A stretch of 62,687 nt of DNA, the filler included, from Craspedostauros australis (lineage: Eukaryota), in NCBI GenBank assembly GCA_030167865.1. It is 10 parts of 10 records of this genome, joined end to end, with 100 filler letters (N's around TTAATTAATTAA, not from the genome) between each part and the next. Parts side by side here need not be neighbours in the genome. Positions count along the whole stretch, not along the records: positions 32,746 to 36,798 come from JALAGF010003654.1; positions 36,899 to 51,569 come from JALAGF010003655.1; 8 more parts are not named here. One strand, given 5' to 3'. Positions 34,471-47,466 of this stretch are shown one piece after another. Each line of letters begins with the position of its first letter. The first letter of the stretch is position 1. A program made the position numbers and the translations under genes. The notes under the pieces are model-generated. The model did no database searches. It saw only the letters and a program-made list of their open reading frames with translations, and was not told the origin of the DNA.

Positions 34471-37400
34471 TGGTCCGGTCGGATCGATTGTATCAAACAG
34501 ACTCGTACTCGTACTCTTACTCGCACGCATACCATACAGCAATGCTGTTGCAATACATTGGAGAGGCGTACGTGGGAATGCGAAATGCGCAACTCCACCG
34601 CGATGCATGTCACCGCCGATGTAGTGCATACGTACGAGCTACACATGGCGACTAGAGCCAAGAACCGTGGTCAATAGCGTGATTGACCATCGAAGATGAT
34701 GCAACTCAGAATTGAATGATACCACAAGCTCCCTTTTCAGAGCCTGGCGGAGCGCACATGGAATCAGCAGTTCCATAGGAGCAACCAATAATAGTCGTAC
34801 GATACTCAATGGATACATACTCATACAAGAATAAACCATAATAATTCATTCGATAAAGTTAGTAATGTGATACAACCTACTCGTAAATGACACAAGCACA
34901 TGGAATTGCGATGAGAATAGGTCGGGATCAGTTCACATCCTTTGTGGGTCCTACGAGTACGATGGTTGGCGGCCACGCACTCCACGTTGCTCGTTGTACA
35001 CGTACGACGATGGCTGCACGGAGTGTGCTTTGGCAAAGTGGGTTTCATGACACGCTTGCACAGGTCGTGTACCATGCAGCATACGTGCTCGGTGATGGTC
35101 TCTACACCGAACGTACTTCTCTTCGCCCGTGCGTGCATGAGCGGTCAGGTACCTATGCGATTTCATGCTTCCCGCTGTGCCCGCCCACACGAACGAACAA
35201 CCACCACGACCGTAGACAAAGCTGCGGCAAACAAACAAAAAACCATGATTCGGTGGTTGGAGCGACCAGTGAGAACAACCTTGAAACTTCTTCATTGCGG
35301 CAAATGCTGACGAATTTGGCTCCTGTGGAGTTCGCCGGCCACCACAACGAAACTGTCCAATAAACACAAACGCGAAACCAGTCACAGAACGGATGCCTCA
35401 GTCACAACTTCGAAGCCTCAACCAGTGTGCCTCTTGTTGAGCTACTACTATGTCGCACCCACTCTTCGACTATTGGAGGGGTTCGAGTGGCCCCAGAACT
35501 TGGGTACTGAGACACACCAGGATGACTCAATGCCAGGGGGAGCCCCGCAATAGAGACTCGTCTGGGCGCAATGGAGACAGTCACTTTCGTGAGGATTAGG
35601 GTCTTTCCAATGCCCATGTGACGTCACGATTCGCTTTCTTCCTTTCCTGTCGCCCACACTGTTTCGTCAAACTGTTTGTTTCCTCATGGTACCAACATTG
35701 GTTTTCGCGTTTTTCCCAATCTGAACAAACATTATTGATTGACTGTCCGGATCTCTCTCTTTTTGTAACTTGTGTGTGCCAATCAATGCATGATTCTTGT
35801 CTCTTCGTGTTGCTTTCTGTCCAAACAGCAGCCACCGCTCAAAAATACGGACGATAATGCCAAAAATTGAGTACTTTGATACGTGATCTACTAGCGTTGT
35901 TGGCAACGAGGAGGAGCGTTGGTTTCTTGTGTGTGGCAATCCACGCTCTACTCTGAACACAACCATTCAGAAACTCGTTGACAAGACCACCAATCGACAC
36001 TGCCTCCTCCCTCCCACCCTTCCAACTCAACTTCATCCGTGGAGCAATTGTGTAGCTCATGCAGCAGTGGGATCGAGAGTGAAAGAAGAAGCATGCCATG
36101 CCAAGAACCCAAGCCATGCCAACAAACAATCCCCAACAATAAATATACTTCAACACAACAGTCCCCCACCCTCTCATACTCAGCTGTGCCATACTTGGCA
36201 TTCAACAAACACCCATCCATCCATCCCTGTCACATCAATGTGCGTGTAGAGATATCATTGACACCTGTGTCGAGATGTACATTCGTGTATGTGCATCGTT
36301 CACCCGTTTTCTTTTTACTCATGTACAGATGGTACAACTACATTCGTGTCAATAGTGAACTGTGATTTGCCAACATCACATCATGAAATGGAACACACGA
36401 AAACGAACTGAATTTCTGGAGGAAATCTGTAAGCACGGATTTCTGAGATTATGAGGAACATCGTCTGTCCATCCATCAACAAAACATGTGATATCAAGTC
36501 AGGCTTGATATACTTCCCAACTAAACCTCAAATGACGATACCCTTGCTGACCCATTGCATCATCAATGGAATGTGGAATGACAAGGACCTTGGAATCTGA
36601 CAGCTGACATCAACAAGATGTCATTGTGTCACCACATTGGCATCTGTCTCCACATCAGATCAAGAAGGCAAAGATTCAATGACCAAGGGACATCAAGATC
36701 ATAAGTATGCAAGGAGGAATACAGTGTGGGTGCATTGACAATTACTCATGGAGTAGTGAGCTTGTAGATAACGAAATGCGGAGTATGCATCGAATACANN
36801 NNNNNNNNNNNNNNNNNNNNNNNNNNNNNNNNNNNNNNNNNNTTAATTAATTAANNNNNNNNNNNNNNNNNNNNNNNNNNNNNNNNNNNNNNNNNNNNTG
36901 TTGATGGTGCCGAAGGAAGGCTTGTCTGCTCCCCTTCCGTCCATGATTGGGGCAGCGTCGTTGTCATCGTCGTCATAATAGCCATCGTGGTGGCTGACAA
37001 CAACAACATCGGTGCCAATGCCAACACCAATGTTCGTGCTCTTTGCAGATGAGCTGTCGTCGTCACTTGCATGCTCATGCGCATGTGCATGAGTTGGGAT
37101 GATGATCTGAGTGGAATCGACCATGGTTGTTGGTGGTCGTGCCGCTTGCGACGATTGGATGATTGGATTTATGACAGCGAGGAGCACGGATGCCATCCGC
37201 CCACATCGTCGATCTATTCCACCCTCGACCCATCTGTTCTCCCCCGTTGGTGGTCAGCGCATGCTTCGGGAGTATTTCCCGTCCATGAAGTCGTGGCAAA
37301 TTGTGACCACGAAAGGGGAGGAGGTACGAGTCAGGAAAGAAACAATCGCAGACCATGATGTGAGCACCGATGGAACATGAAAGAATGGCGCCCTCTCCAA

Positions 37401-37879
37401 AAGGAAAAACCGCGAATTTCACCAGTTTGTTGCTTCGCACACTTGATTCGTGTGGTGAGACGAGATTGTCCGAAGTTCAATGGAGAAGGCGGCGAATGAC
37501 AAATGGCGAAGCACAACAGGAAAGAACAAAAAACAGAATGCAGCACACGCCACAAAAAAACAGAAATGGAGTTCTGAAATCCAGAGAGAAACCTGCAGAG
37601 GAAAGAGTAACATCATCAGAGATCATTGTACAAACTCGTAGAATAGCTCGTATGGAACATACTCGCACTGTACGAGCTAAACAGAGTCGAGCATGACATC
37701 ATATCAATAATGCAATATGTTCAGATCCAATCGGAAGCTATTATATGCACTCTACGATAAGACAGTCCAGAAGAGAGAGAGAGAGAAATCATCGTTGAAG
37801 ACGAGAATGCGGAGGGCAGGAACTCAAGCAGCGGCTGCGCCGCAAATGAAACTGCGGGCATGAAATGCTAGGCTTCTTT

Positions 37880-39343
37880 CTAGTTGAGGTCTGGCATACT
37901 CGTAGACGTAAAACCGCAGCGCTGTCTCCAATTGTGGATCTGCTGCGACAAAGCTTCCAGGATCGTATCGATCGGCGTGCATAATAGCTGTTCGCGCGCT
38001 ATTCTTCGAGATTCCAGTGTCTTCATGGCCTCCTTCCTCTCTTCGTCGATATCCTTCCCAAGGTAGATGACGGTATGGTTAAGATTGGATAGTGCAGCCA
38101 ACGACCCGAACCACCGTCGAAAGTCGAAGGTGTGGGGGAAGACTTCGATGACTGACGAACACTGCGGCATGAAAAACAAGGTGCTCTCCTGTGCACCGTG
38201 TGGCGTGAGAATGATGTCGATGTTTTGGAACGCTTCGATTTGCTCCTGCATGCTGAAGGTCTCGTAGTAATAGACTGGTGGCGTGTAGGCCAAGCCAAAC
38301 CGATCCTTGATGGCGGCGGATATGTTTTGGGACTGCAGCAGTCGACGTGTGAATCTCCGGCTGAGAATCCCAATCCGCGGCATGTATTCGCTCGATTGCT
38401 CCATCAATTGCTGCTGCTCTGCGGGAGTCATGTTGAAATATAGTTCGGTATCATCAACTCTGAGATCTGTGGAGCAGTGCGGCATTGAGAGTTTGGATCC
38501 TGGAATGCTCTCGAGCAATGTCTGCTTGAAGGTTTCCAGATCGTCGCTGTTGGCCATGTTGTAGTCGACGAATGAAAATGTCTGCGCCACGAGAAGCTGC
38601 TTGAGATCTGACGTATTACCGTACATCTCAACGTACTCTGCCTTCGTCATTTCGTAGATAGGGGTGTTTGCATATTTGAGCATTTCAAGGAGTGCCCGGT
38701 TGAAAGGATGCTTCCTGATTTGGTGGAGCCTTCCGACGTCGATCACCATTGTGCGATTTGCATCAGGGAAGCGTTCCCACAGGGACCAGCACTCGAGCAT
38801 CTGTTGCAGGAAATGCGGGAAGTGGTGCACGATGCTTGTTCTGAAGAAAAAGCATGCCACCATCTCGAAAGGTTCACCAGTAATCGACTTTCGCGTTTTC
38901 CATGCTTTGTTGAGACTCCCGTGGACCTTGCCCAGAAATTGCTCCGGACGATACCGATTGGGGTAGTCGGTGGTCATGTAGGTCGATTCGAGACTGGAGT
39001 TGGTGATGGTGCAGGTGCGGGGTTCCGGATCTGCGAATTGCGGGTCGTTGTGATGCTGTTTCATGAAGTCTGGGAACGCAGAGATTGATCGAGGAGGGTC
39101 GAGTGGTGGCGGTGGACCCTGTGCTAGGCTCTGTTGCGAAAGGCCCACCGAATCGCCGATAGTCGACGAATGGACTGCTTGGTCAACGAAGCTCGTCATG
39201 ATCGAGGGCTGAATGATGGGACTTTCATCTATGGCAGGCTTCGGCCGGACGTTGGGATCAAATAGAGGCATGGCGGAAAACATGATGATGGCCACAACGG
39301 AGACCATCGGCGTGACCTGTCTTCCTTTCTTCTTATGTGCCAT
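37880..39343 (-). CDS. Glycosyltransferase family 61-like protein
   Basis: N-terminal TM anchor, HHFPHF, IGILSRR..RRL, and SMQEQI..FQNIDIILTPHGAQ....FMP..S.VIEVFP. Confidence 0.85.
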   Translation of the reverse strand: MAHKKKGRQVTPMVSVVAIIMFSAMPLFDPNVRPKPAIDESPIIQPSIMTSFVDQAVHSSTIGDSVGLSQQSLAQGPPPPLDPPRSISAFPDFMKQHHNDPQFADPEPRTCTITNSSLESTYMTTDYPNRYRPEQFLGKVHGSLNKAWKTRKSITGEPFEMVACFFFRTSIVHHFPHFLQQMLECWSLWERFPDANRTMVIDVGRLHQIRKHPFNRALLEMLKYANTPIYEMTKAEYVEMYGNTSDLKQLLVAQTFSFVDYNMANSDDLETFKQTLLESIPGSKLSMPHCSTDLRVDDTELYFNMTPAEQQQLMEQSSEYMPRIGILSRRFTRRLLQSQNISAAIKDRFGLAYTPPVYYYETFSMQEQIEAFQNIDIILTPHGAQESTLFFMPQCSSVIEVFPHTFDFRRWFGSLAALSNLNHTVIYLGKDIDEERKEAMKTLESRRIAREQLLCTPIDTILEALSQQIHNWRQRCGFTSTSMPDLN

Positions 39344-40118
39344 CTTCTCTGTCTGTACGAGTACAAGTATGGAAGCACCGGTCCGAGTGCGGGTGCGAGT
39401 GTGAATTAGAGCACGGTACTATACTCGTACAACGGCAAACAGCAACAGAGTCGTCGAAGGCGTCTGACGGCTGAGTTGGATGCCTTTGTTGCCTTTGTTG
39501 CCTTTGTTGCGTTATTTTCGTTGGTTACACTGGTTGTGCTGAGGATCTGAACCGAAGGTACTTGATGTGTTTGTGCAGCATTTTTGCAGATGGTGTTTGT
39601 GTTCTGACCAGCATTGTCGCCATCACTTCGCTCGCAACCAGTTGCCAATAGTTCCACACTGTGCAGGGGTCTTCCCAGGTTGTTACACACATGAGACTGT
39701 GCAGATGGATATGATCGGCTTGTTGAACCGCGCACGACAACAGGTTTGTTCGTTTTGTTGTTTCTGATTGTTTTCTGCTCATTTTTTGGCAACGCTTGAC
39801 TCAACGGACTCTTCCCAAACAACGAAAGACACGACGTCCTGTTTTCTCAATCACTTGGATTCCAAATTCCATTCCGCAAATGAACCAGAACCTGTCAGCG
39901 AACATTCGACAGTCGCTTCGCCACCCATCAAACCCACAATCTGAACGTGTGTCGATTGGCGCCAACCAAAGCCCACAATCCACGCTCCGTAATCCCGTTC
40001 GCAACTCGTATGTCGTGCTGCGTTGCGCATCATCGCCATCCTCCACGATCCACGCTGCTCCCACACGAGCTACCTCCTGGACGATCCAGCTGATGCCCGC
40101 TTGCCGACCTGATCTTTC

Positions 40119-42329
40119 ATGCTGATGGGAAGCTTCGTTGGTCTGCTGTTGACGTCATCGATGGTGTTGGAGGTAGTATTGCTGGCGAGTGCCCCCGTGC
40201 TCGGGCTCGTACCTTCGGTGGGAGCACTGCAGTCTTCATGGCGAGACCACCAATGCCATGGTGCGCCTCTGAGATCGGAGCCTTTGCATGCCACGCATCC
40301 TGAGGCGCTGGCCTTTGGCGTTGGCCGTGATCGTCATGACGAGACCAACTGTGGCGACGAAAGCAATGACACGGACGGCGACGAGGACAGATTGGAAAAG
40401 AGAGGGAAGCTGCCGCCGCCAGTCAGCGCATTGGATGCATCGTTGCGCCAGATCGTTCGGAATGCGATGCCATCAACACCATCGCATGAGGCTGCGTCAC
40501 AATCATCCCGTGGAGTATATCTGCTGCTGGATGCGAACAACATTCGCGGTTCTGATGACTTTCGCTGGACCCTGTCAGAGCTGATTCACAACCTCATTCA
40601 CTGGTCAACTCAGGAATTGATGATGCCAGAGAGAAAAGCCCGGGCGCAATACATACTCGTACATCCCGTTCTCGTGGTGGACCATGGCTCTCGAATGCAG
40701 GCCTTCGATTATTCCTGCGACGGCCTCGCCGTTCTGTGTGCGGGTCCGCACCAAACTGCCGATGATCTTATTGTGCACACCACCGAGTGGTTGCTCAACG
40801 GAAGCGCCGAGCAACCTGCCGACCTGCTTGCGCACCAACAATCAAGTGAACCTCATGGTGTCAAAGGCAATCCGAGCCGTTCGTCGAAAAAGTCGGTGGT
40901 CCTGGTTGTCACTTCCGACGGTGAATTGAGATCACGGTGTCGCAACCATGGCGCTTCAAAGGTTTATGGTAGTCCGCAAATGGTGAGGCTGCTGAAAGAA
41001 TGGAAACGGGTTCAAGTGGAGCGCCAGAAGATGAGCAATGGGGGAAGCGGCACTGCCGGCCGAGCTGGTGTGTTTCATCAGTCTGGCGTGTCGGTCCAGC
41101 TCGGCTGTGGGTTGCAACTGCTTCGGTTCGTAGAAGATGATGTTCGGGAACACGAGATCTACGTGATGCAGCAATCGAGAGGAGCCAACCCCCGACATTC
41201 CAACTTGCGGAACTCGTCTTTATTCCAAACGACGATTGCGACTGATACGACGGCACCCATCACGACAGTGGGAGCAATAGCATCGTTGCCATCTCCACCT
41301 CTATCGCCGTCTCCACTCTCACCCTCACCCTCAAGCCATGAACACAATCTGGCAGCATTTGCGGAAGAAAGCTGGTATCGAATTGTTGCTGCTGAGAGCC
41401 TTCGGAGGTTGCTTCATCTCCACCAAGGCGATTCGCCAATGCGCACGATCGCGCAACTGAACGAATCGTCTTACGGATCGACAGTTATGAGCAAGCTATG
41501 TCACGCAATCAATGACCAGTCGTATGATGAAGCTTCTGGAGCAGGTTTCCATCGCAGCGATTCTTCGTCCATCACATCATTGTGTCAAGATCACCGCATC
41601 AACGAAGACGTCCACCAACAGCGCCAGATGGCGCAGTACTTCACCCAGTGTCTGGCAAGCCATGATCACGCCAGTGACGGCGGAAAAAGTGCGATGAACC
41701 CTCTCGTTGCCGAACGAGCCCCAGCTCGGATGGATCAGGCAAAGGCGCTGCTGCGAAAGTACGTGGAACAGACCCCGCACAAGACGCAGGACGAGATCCT
41801 GGCTCGTTACTGCAACGAGAGTCCGTCGCAAGTGCAATTCACACGAAAGCATGATCTGAAGACGTTGCTGTTGGAGGAGGTCGCTGTTCGAGAGAAACGA
41901 AAGGGCAACAAGCGCCGACGCTGGTATCTGTTGCCATTGGGTGATGGGGAAATTGACGGCGATGTCACTGCCGACGAATCATCAACCGACGAGAGCGGCA
42001 AAGTATGGGGCGACGATCAAGGCACGTACCAGGCGCAGCTCGTCAATGAGCGGAGGAAGTTCCGACGTCGACGTAGTCCGAATAGGGTGAAGAAGCCACC
42101 AGTCACCGAGCGCGGCAAGTTCCTGGAACAATCGGGGCAAATCGAGTCGCGATGGTTTGCTGCGTTGGACGAGTCCAGTGCACAAGTACAGCAGCAGCGG
42201 GCGAAATCCTTCATCAATAGAGACGCAACGATCTCCTATCCTCTGCCTTTCTGTTGTTGTTTCGCGCTGTCTGCTTCTGGACTCGTATGGTACAATACGA
42301 AAGCTGCGTTTGTTCTTGTTTGTTATTGA
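40119..42329 (+). CDS. NYN/PIN-fold (YacP-like) nuclease-domain protein with N-terminal targeting-like leader
   Basis: YLLLDANNIRG, LVVDHG, QTADDLIV and LVVTSDGELRSRC acidic motifs. Confidence 0.7.
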   Translation: MLMGSFVGLLLTSSMVLEVVLLASAPVLGLVPSVGALQSSWRDHQCHGAPLRSEPLHATHPEALAFGVGRDRHDETNCGDESNDTDGDEDRLEKRGKLPPPVSALDASLRQIVRNAMPSTPSHEAASQSSRGVYLLLDANNIRGSDDFRWTLSELIHNLIHWSTQELMMPERKARAQYILVHPVLVVDHGSRMQAFDYSCDGLAVLCAGPHQTADDLIVHTTEWLLNGSAEQPADLLAHQQSSEPHGVKGNPSRSSKKSVVLVVTSDGELRSRCRNHGASKVYGSPQMVRLLKEWKRVQVERQKMSNGGSGTAGRAGVFHQSGVSVQLGCGLQLLRFVEDDVREHEIYVMQQSRGANPRHSNLRNSSLFQTTIATDTTAPITTVGAIASLPSPPLSPSPLSPSPSSHEHNLAAFAEESWYRIVAAESLRRLLHLHQGDSPMRTIAQLNESSYGSTVMSKLCHAINDQSYDEASGAGFHRSDSSSITSLCQDHRINEDVHQQRQMAQYFTQCLASHDHASDGGKSAMNPLVAERAPARMDQAKALLRKYVEQTPHKTQDEILARYCNESPSQVQFTRKHDLKTLLLEEVAVREKRKGNKRRRWYLLPLGDGEIDGDVTADESSTDESGKVWGDDQGTYQAQLVNERRKFRRRRSPNRVKKPPVTERGKFLEQSGQIESRWFAALDESSAQVQQQRAKSFINRDATISYPLPFCCCFALSASGLVWYNTKAAFVLVCY

Positions 42330-42555
42330 TGTGTTGATGTTAACTATGGATTCGTTCGTTCGTTCGAAACGATTTTATTTGAATTGCTTCAATGTGTTGT
42401 TCATGTGATCGATACAAGTCTCTCCCTCCCCTTTTGCGCGTGATGCTGCAACGTATAATACATACGTAACCATAATGTACCCACATACGAGTATGCCCGC
42501 ATGAGTGTGTGCGAACGCGCGCCCCGTTTGCTTGCGTCGGATTGTTCCAGAGGGC

Positions 42556-45435
42556 TCAATCCACTCGATTGTGATGACTGGAAGAATCGAGTTCGTCGAT
42601 GACAGCACATCGTTTCCGTTTGGTGATGAGGATGTGCTGCAGTCGTTTTGCCAGATCCGCAGACACGACATTGCGGATGTTCGAGTTGTGATAGTTCTTC
42701 TCGTGCTCTTGCGCACACCTGCCGATTGCAACATTGTCGTTGTTGGTGTGGCGATGAGAGGCTGCACCAACCTTGGGCACTGTTCCACGTGAGTTGTCGA
42801 AGTCAGTTTTGCCAAGCCTCTTCCCATCGATGCCGTGGTCCTGCGGGTCTGCACGACCCTGTTGCTGTCGTTCAGAATGACCCTCCCCACAGTCATCCTT
42901 CGACTCCTGTTGTCGGGATACGGTACCTCGACCACTTCCACGATCTTTATCACCATCATGATCGTCTGCGTCGTCGTCGCCCTCGTCGTTCTTCCAGTAA
43001 CCACGAGCCAGGATGTCATCCAGCAACGCCTGTCGGCGCTTGCGACCATGGAAGATATCCTTGAGCTGCGATGTGAATAGATCGCAAGAAGAGCTCGATG
43101 AACCTTCGTTGTTGTTGAAATCCTGCGTGAAGGAAAAGTCTGCAGGACGACAGGTGCTGGCTGTGTCCACCACGAACATGAGATGTGGCTGCGAATCATC
43201 CATGTCATCTCCTTCATTGTCGTCGGCGTCATCCTCAGACTCGGGCTGCGTGTTAGGTGTGTGATCGCTATCGCTGATCCGAGTGTTGTTGGCGATGACG
43301 AGATGATCCTGCGCTGATGATGACGTTGTTGGAGGATGTCCACCGCTCCTGTTGCCGCTGCCGTTGCGCGCGCTGATGGTGCTCTTGCTGCCGCAGCTGT
43401 GCATGGATTCGTTGATGGTCCCCATGCTGTGGAAGGAGTTGAAGTCGATGACTCGTTCCGTTGCCGCCGTGCGGTTGCTATCTGACGGGATGGCATCATC
43501 GCCTCCGGCCAAGTGCTGGGACAGTGCGTCTGACGCTCCCTTGCCGCAGACGGTCGTTGTTCCTGCATTGCTGTGAGTGTTGGCAGTCCTCACTTTGCGA
43601 AGCAGCTCCTTTGGGGACGGTGCCTGCTGGAAGTAGTGTCGCAACGATCTCGCGAAGCTTTGCAGTTGGATGATGCCACGGCCAGCTGACGCGTTCTCGG
43701 AGTGCCGGACGGGCATGACCTGGCTTCGCTTCCGCCGTTCCATGGCCGCCTCCTCGTAGTAGGACGATTCGATCTCGGCCAGGAGGTCGTTGCGTTGCTT
43801 CTTGGAGGAGAAGAGTGAGTTGAGGCTGTTCTGGATCCTCGCGGACGTGATGGCGACCGGCCTTGGGGGAGAGGCGATTGGTGGCAAGGGGGCAGATCCC
43901 AACATGGGTGAGAATTTGTGCGTGCGACCAACCAAGTGGGATGTTGCGCCGGGCAATGCCTGGGAGACAGTCCGTGGTCGGCCACTGACATTCTCGCCCG
44001 CGGTGGCATGATCGACGACGGCGGCGCCTGGTTGTTGCTGCTGCTCGCTGTGAACGATGGAGGGTGGAACAGCGCCTGATTCATTGGCATCCGATGTGCT
44101 GATGGTTTCACCAGCGCTGCTCCCGAAGGTGCTGATGCTGTTGATCGTGCACGTGGTGGAGGTGCTGGCGCTACTGACGGTGCGATAGACGACGGCGCTG
44201 GCGTCCTTGCGGACGACCCCACTTTGCCTCTGCTGCTTGGCGTAGTCCTGCTTGAGGTGCTCCAGCACGACGGCCGCATCGTTGAGACCCATCTGATGGG
44301 CCAGCTGCTGGCTGGGCACGGAGAAGACGGAGTACACCTCCATGATGGCTTCGTCGTCGTAGTCGTGCGTGAGGCTTTCGGAGGAATCCCTGGTGGTGCT
44401 GGCGTCCTCATCCTCCAGGATCTGGTTGTAGTCGGACCACTGCAAGGACTGCTCCTCGAGCACGGCCGCGATGGCATCGAGCTTGAGGTTGCGGCGCTCC
44501 CTGGATCCCCGCTTCGTCTTTCCCTCCAGACCTCTCGTGCAGTAGCAGTCCTGCGTGACCGGGTCGTAGTAGATGGTGGGGTCTATGGAGGACACGACCA
44601 TGAGGAGGGCGGTGGAACCCGCTCGATTTCGCTGGAAGTTCATCATCTGCTTGACGGTGGCCACGCAGCTCCTCTTGATGTCTGCGTACTCCTCCGGCGA
44701 TATCCAGGTCCTCGACTTCTCCAGCTGGCCGATGTTGTTGAGGTGAGGTATGCGGCGGTTCTTGACCGTGCGGTTGAATCTGACAGATCTGCTTTGTTGT
44801 GGTTGTTGCAGTTGTCGCAGTTGTCGTAGTGGTGGTTGTTGGTTCTTCATGATGGACTTGAGGGGACGCTTGAGGTGATGCGATGGTTCGAAGAGATGCT
44901 TCTTGATGGCCTTGGGACCGTTGCCGCTGTGCTTGTGGCAGTGTGAACGTGAGTGCGAATGTGAGGCCTTCGCGTGCTGACGATGACCAGCTGTCCTGTC
45001 CACCCTCTTGCTCGTTGCTCCATGCGCATGGCGTTCTCCATGGCCGCCTTTGGAGCTAATGACACCAGCGATGGAGGCGGTTTCCATCGGGTACTTTTGA
45101 AGCCGCTGGTGGGCCTGTTGCTTTCGACTTCCGCTCTTCAACGACGATGATGATGATGATGCAGATGATACCGACGACGCAGACGACACACTGGATGCCG
45201 ATGATGCAGAGGACGACGACGTCGACTGACTCAGGGCAATGCGCTGCATGAGGCTGTTCTCCTCCGCCATTCTTCTGCTGGACTCCACTGCTGTTGACAA
45301 CCGAGATGCGGCAGGACCGTTGAGCACATATTCATGCTCATATGTTGGTGTTTGTGATTGTGCCTGTCCTTGGATAGTAGACTCGGACAGGGAAGCCTCT
45401 CCGTCCCACGTTTGGGACTGCGAAATGAGCGTCAT
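42556..45435 (-). CDS. Hypothetical low-complexity protein with a motif set common in diatoms
   Basis: Long ORF containing SVRFN..V..IPHL..EK..TW....EY..IK, CTRGLEGKT and AVLEEQ. Likely ATG at 45435, downstream of a (GA)n tract. Confidence 0.75.
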   Translation of the reverse strand: MTLISQSQTWDGEASLSESTIQGQAQSQTPTYEHEYVLNGPAASRLSTAVESSRRMAEENSLMQRIALSQSTSSSSASSASSVSSASSVSSASSSSSSLKSGSRKQQAHQRLQKYPMETASIAGVISSKGGHGERHAHGATSKRVDRTAGHRQHAKASHSHSRSHCHKHSGNGPKAIKKHLFEPSHHLKRPLKSIMKNQQPPLRQLRQLQQPQQSRSVRFNRTVKNRRIPHLNNIGQLEKSRTWISPEEYADIKRSCVATVKQMMNFQRNRAGSTALLMVVSSIDPTIYYDPVTQDCYCTRGLEGKTKRGSRERRNLKLDAIAAVLEEQSLQWSDYNQILEDEDASTTRDSSESLTHDYDDEAIMEVYSVFSVPSQQLAHQMGLNDAAVVLEHLKQDYAKQQRQSGVVRKDASAVVYRTVSSASTSTTCTINSISTFGSSAGETISTSDANESGAVPPSIVHSEQQQQPGAAVVDHATAGENVSGRPRTVSQALPGATSHLVGRTHKFSPMLGSAPLPPIASPPRPVAITSARIQNSLNSLFSSKKQRNDLLAEIESSYYEEAAMERRKRSQVMPVRHSENASAGRGIIQLQSFARSLRHYFQQAPSPKELLRKVRTANTHSNAGTTTVCGKGASDALSQHLAGGDDAIPSDSNRTAATERVIDFNSFHSMGTINESMHSCGSKSTISARNGSGNRSGGHPPTTSSSAQDHLVIANNTRISDSDHTPNTQPESEDDADDNEGDDMDDSQPHLMFVVDTASTCRPADFSFTQDFNNNEGSSSSSCDLFTSQLKDIFHGRKRRQALLDDILARGYWKNDEGDDDADDHDGDKDRGSGRGTVSRQQESKDDCGEGHSERQQQGRADPQDHGIDGKRLGKTDFDNSRGTVPKVGAASHRHTNNDNVAIGRCAQEHEKNYHNSNIRNVVSADLAKRLQHILITKRKRCAVIDELDSSSHHNRVD

Positions 45436-45438
45436 GCT

Positions 45439-45472
<34 letters not shown>

Positions 45473-47466
45473 TGAGAACGGGAGGGCACAGCGCGTGATG
45501 CTGTGGATGCGCTCGCCCGATCCGTCAGCGGTCCCCCAAACCCCAGGTGGCCAAACGACGACCTATTCCTGAACAATGTTTTGCTTTGCTTTGCTCTGTT
45601 GTACACTATTATATGTGGTCCTCTGATAACCAACCAACTGACTGACTGAGTGTTGCTGTTGCGTAATGGACTGTGACTGTAGATGGACAGTGGACAGTGG
45701 ATAGTGGATGGACAGTGGATGGGATAAATGGGATGCCTGCTTCTTTAGTTGATTGAGGAGATAGGAACCTGAACGTCAGATCCAAAGCATTCCGCAACAG
45801 ATCACGATTATCAACAACAAAGCAGAGGATTGATTTGGATTGTCCGTGTGCGACTTTCGCGCGCTTCACTCTGACTTCGACTCCGACTTCGTGCTGGCCG
45901 TGCCCCCTGAGTGTGTGGGACAGGTATTGCCTTCCTCGATGCGAGTATGGTAGAGGTCGTAGTTGTGCTCCTTGCTGATCGAGGTGATGACGATGGTTGT
46001 CTCTGTTGTTGTGTTGCTGTGTTGTTGTGTTGCTGTGGGTTGCCTGTTGTTGGGTGTTGTCGGGTTTACTACTACAACCGACTACCAAGAGAACAGTCTC
46101 CTGAGGCCGTGCGTTGCTTCTGGTGCGTTCCGTTCTGTCTTGCTGCTGCTTGGTCGCTCTGCTGTTTCTGTCGTTGGTGTTGGTCTTGCTGTTCTGTTAC
46201 CAATAGGTCGTGCTCCAAATAATGCTCCATGGCTGTGTTGGTCTGTTTCTCTGCTGGTCTTGTTTGTTACTGTCACGAAACCATCCACACCAGCAAGAAC
46301 AACGATGAATCAACCAGTCAACCAGACCGCCGCACCAACAAACACGCGGTCCACACGTGCAAACCACAACACAACGCGCCAATCGCGCACCCAACCAACG
46401 ACACATACGGTACCGTGTAAACTGGATGATACATCCGGGTCACGTGCGCAAACGGTGAAAAAGTGCGAGAAAAGAATCCGCACACCAAACCAAGTCAGTC
46501 ATTCACCCCCACGATTGCCGCAATTAAGAGTCCTACGTTGATGGCAATGACTCGAGGGAAACAGGACTGTACGCCATGGCGCCGTGAGATGACCGTCTTT
46601 GTGCGGTTCCAGCCATTGTCCGTTCCTCCTTTGCCATCTTGAATCACGAATCACCAAGATTGTGATAAACGCAAACAACATCGACCTGGTGATGTCGCGA
46701 TGTGTCGCAGATGGGATGTCATTGCGCACAAACCAACAGCGCCAGCCCAAACAAGACCGGCAGCGACCACATCCCTCGCCGAAGAACAAACCTTCCCCTG
46801 TACATCAAGACGTGCGTTCACGCAGCACTGTCGTGACAGCAGCGTTGCAAATATCATTGATCTATGTTGATCCATCGTTGTGTTGGAACACCTCCTCCAC
46901 AGTACCCGCGTGTGTCGCTCCGCGTGTCCCGAGGTGCGACAAGTTTGGTATCAACGCGGAACGGATGGTCATGGGTCCCGAATGAAGTATCATGATGACC
47001 CGTCACAAACACGATCGGATTGTTCCTTTCCCCAAGAACACGACTGCTTCGAATGCTGTTGTTTCATGACTCCTTTCTTCTCTTTCTCTCTCAAAAATGG
47101 TTCCTGTGGGAAGAACGCAAGAAAAGTGCCCAAAAATGCAAGTCGACTGGATTGTGCAGATAGACATGCGGAGGATAGGACCCAGACATGCGAAGATGTG
47201 TTGCAGGTGATGGAGCAGTTCACTTTGTGTGGGTGCTCATGTTGATGTACTCTATGACTATAACGCGTTGATGTGCACATATAATATATCGTACCCAAGA
47301 CGATTCCATCGCTACTTTCTACCAGTGTCATTGTTGCGGCTACGCAATACCTCTCTCCTCTCCGCTGCTACTCATAATACAGGGCTGATCTTTCTACTAC
47401 TGCCATTGGCGTGATTGCTGCGGCCGTTGTGCTTTCTTCCTCAGATAATGCAGACGACACTGACGA

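Noticed and set aside
32746..38267. Apparent 1.4-kb inverted repeat (hairpin or TIR element)
   Set aside because: It is an identical overlap between two contig ends across a spacer, best explained as an unmerged assembly overlap.
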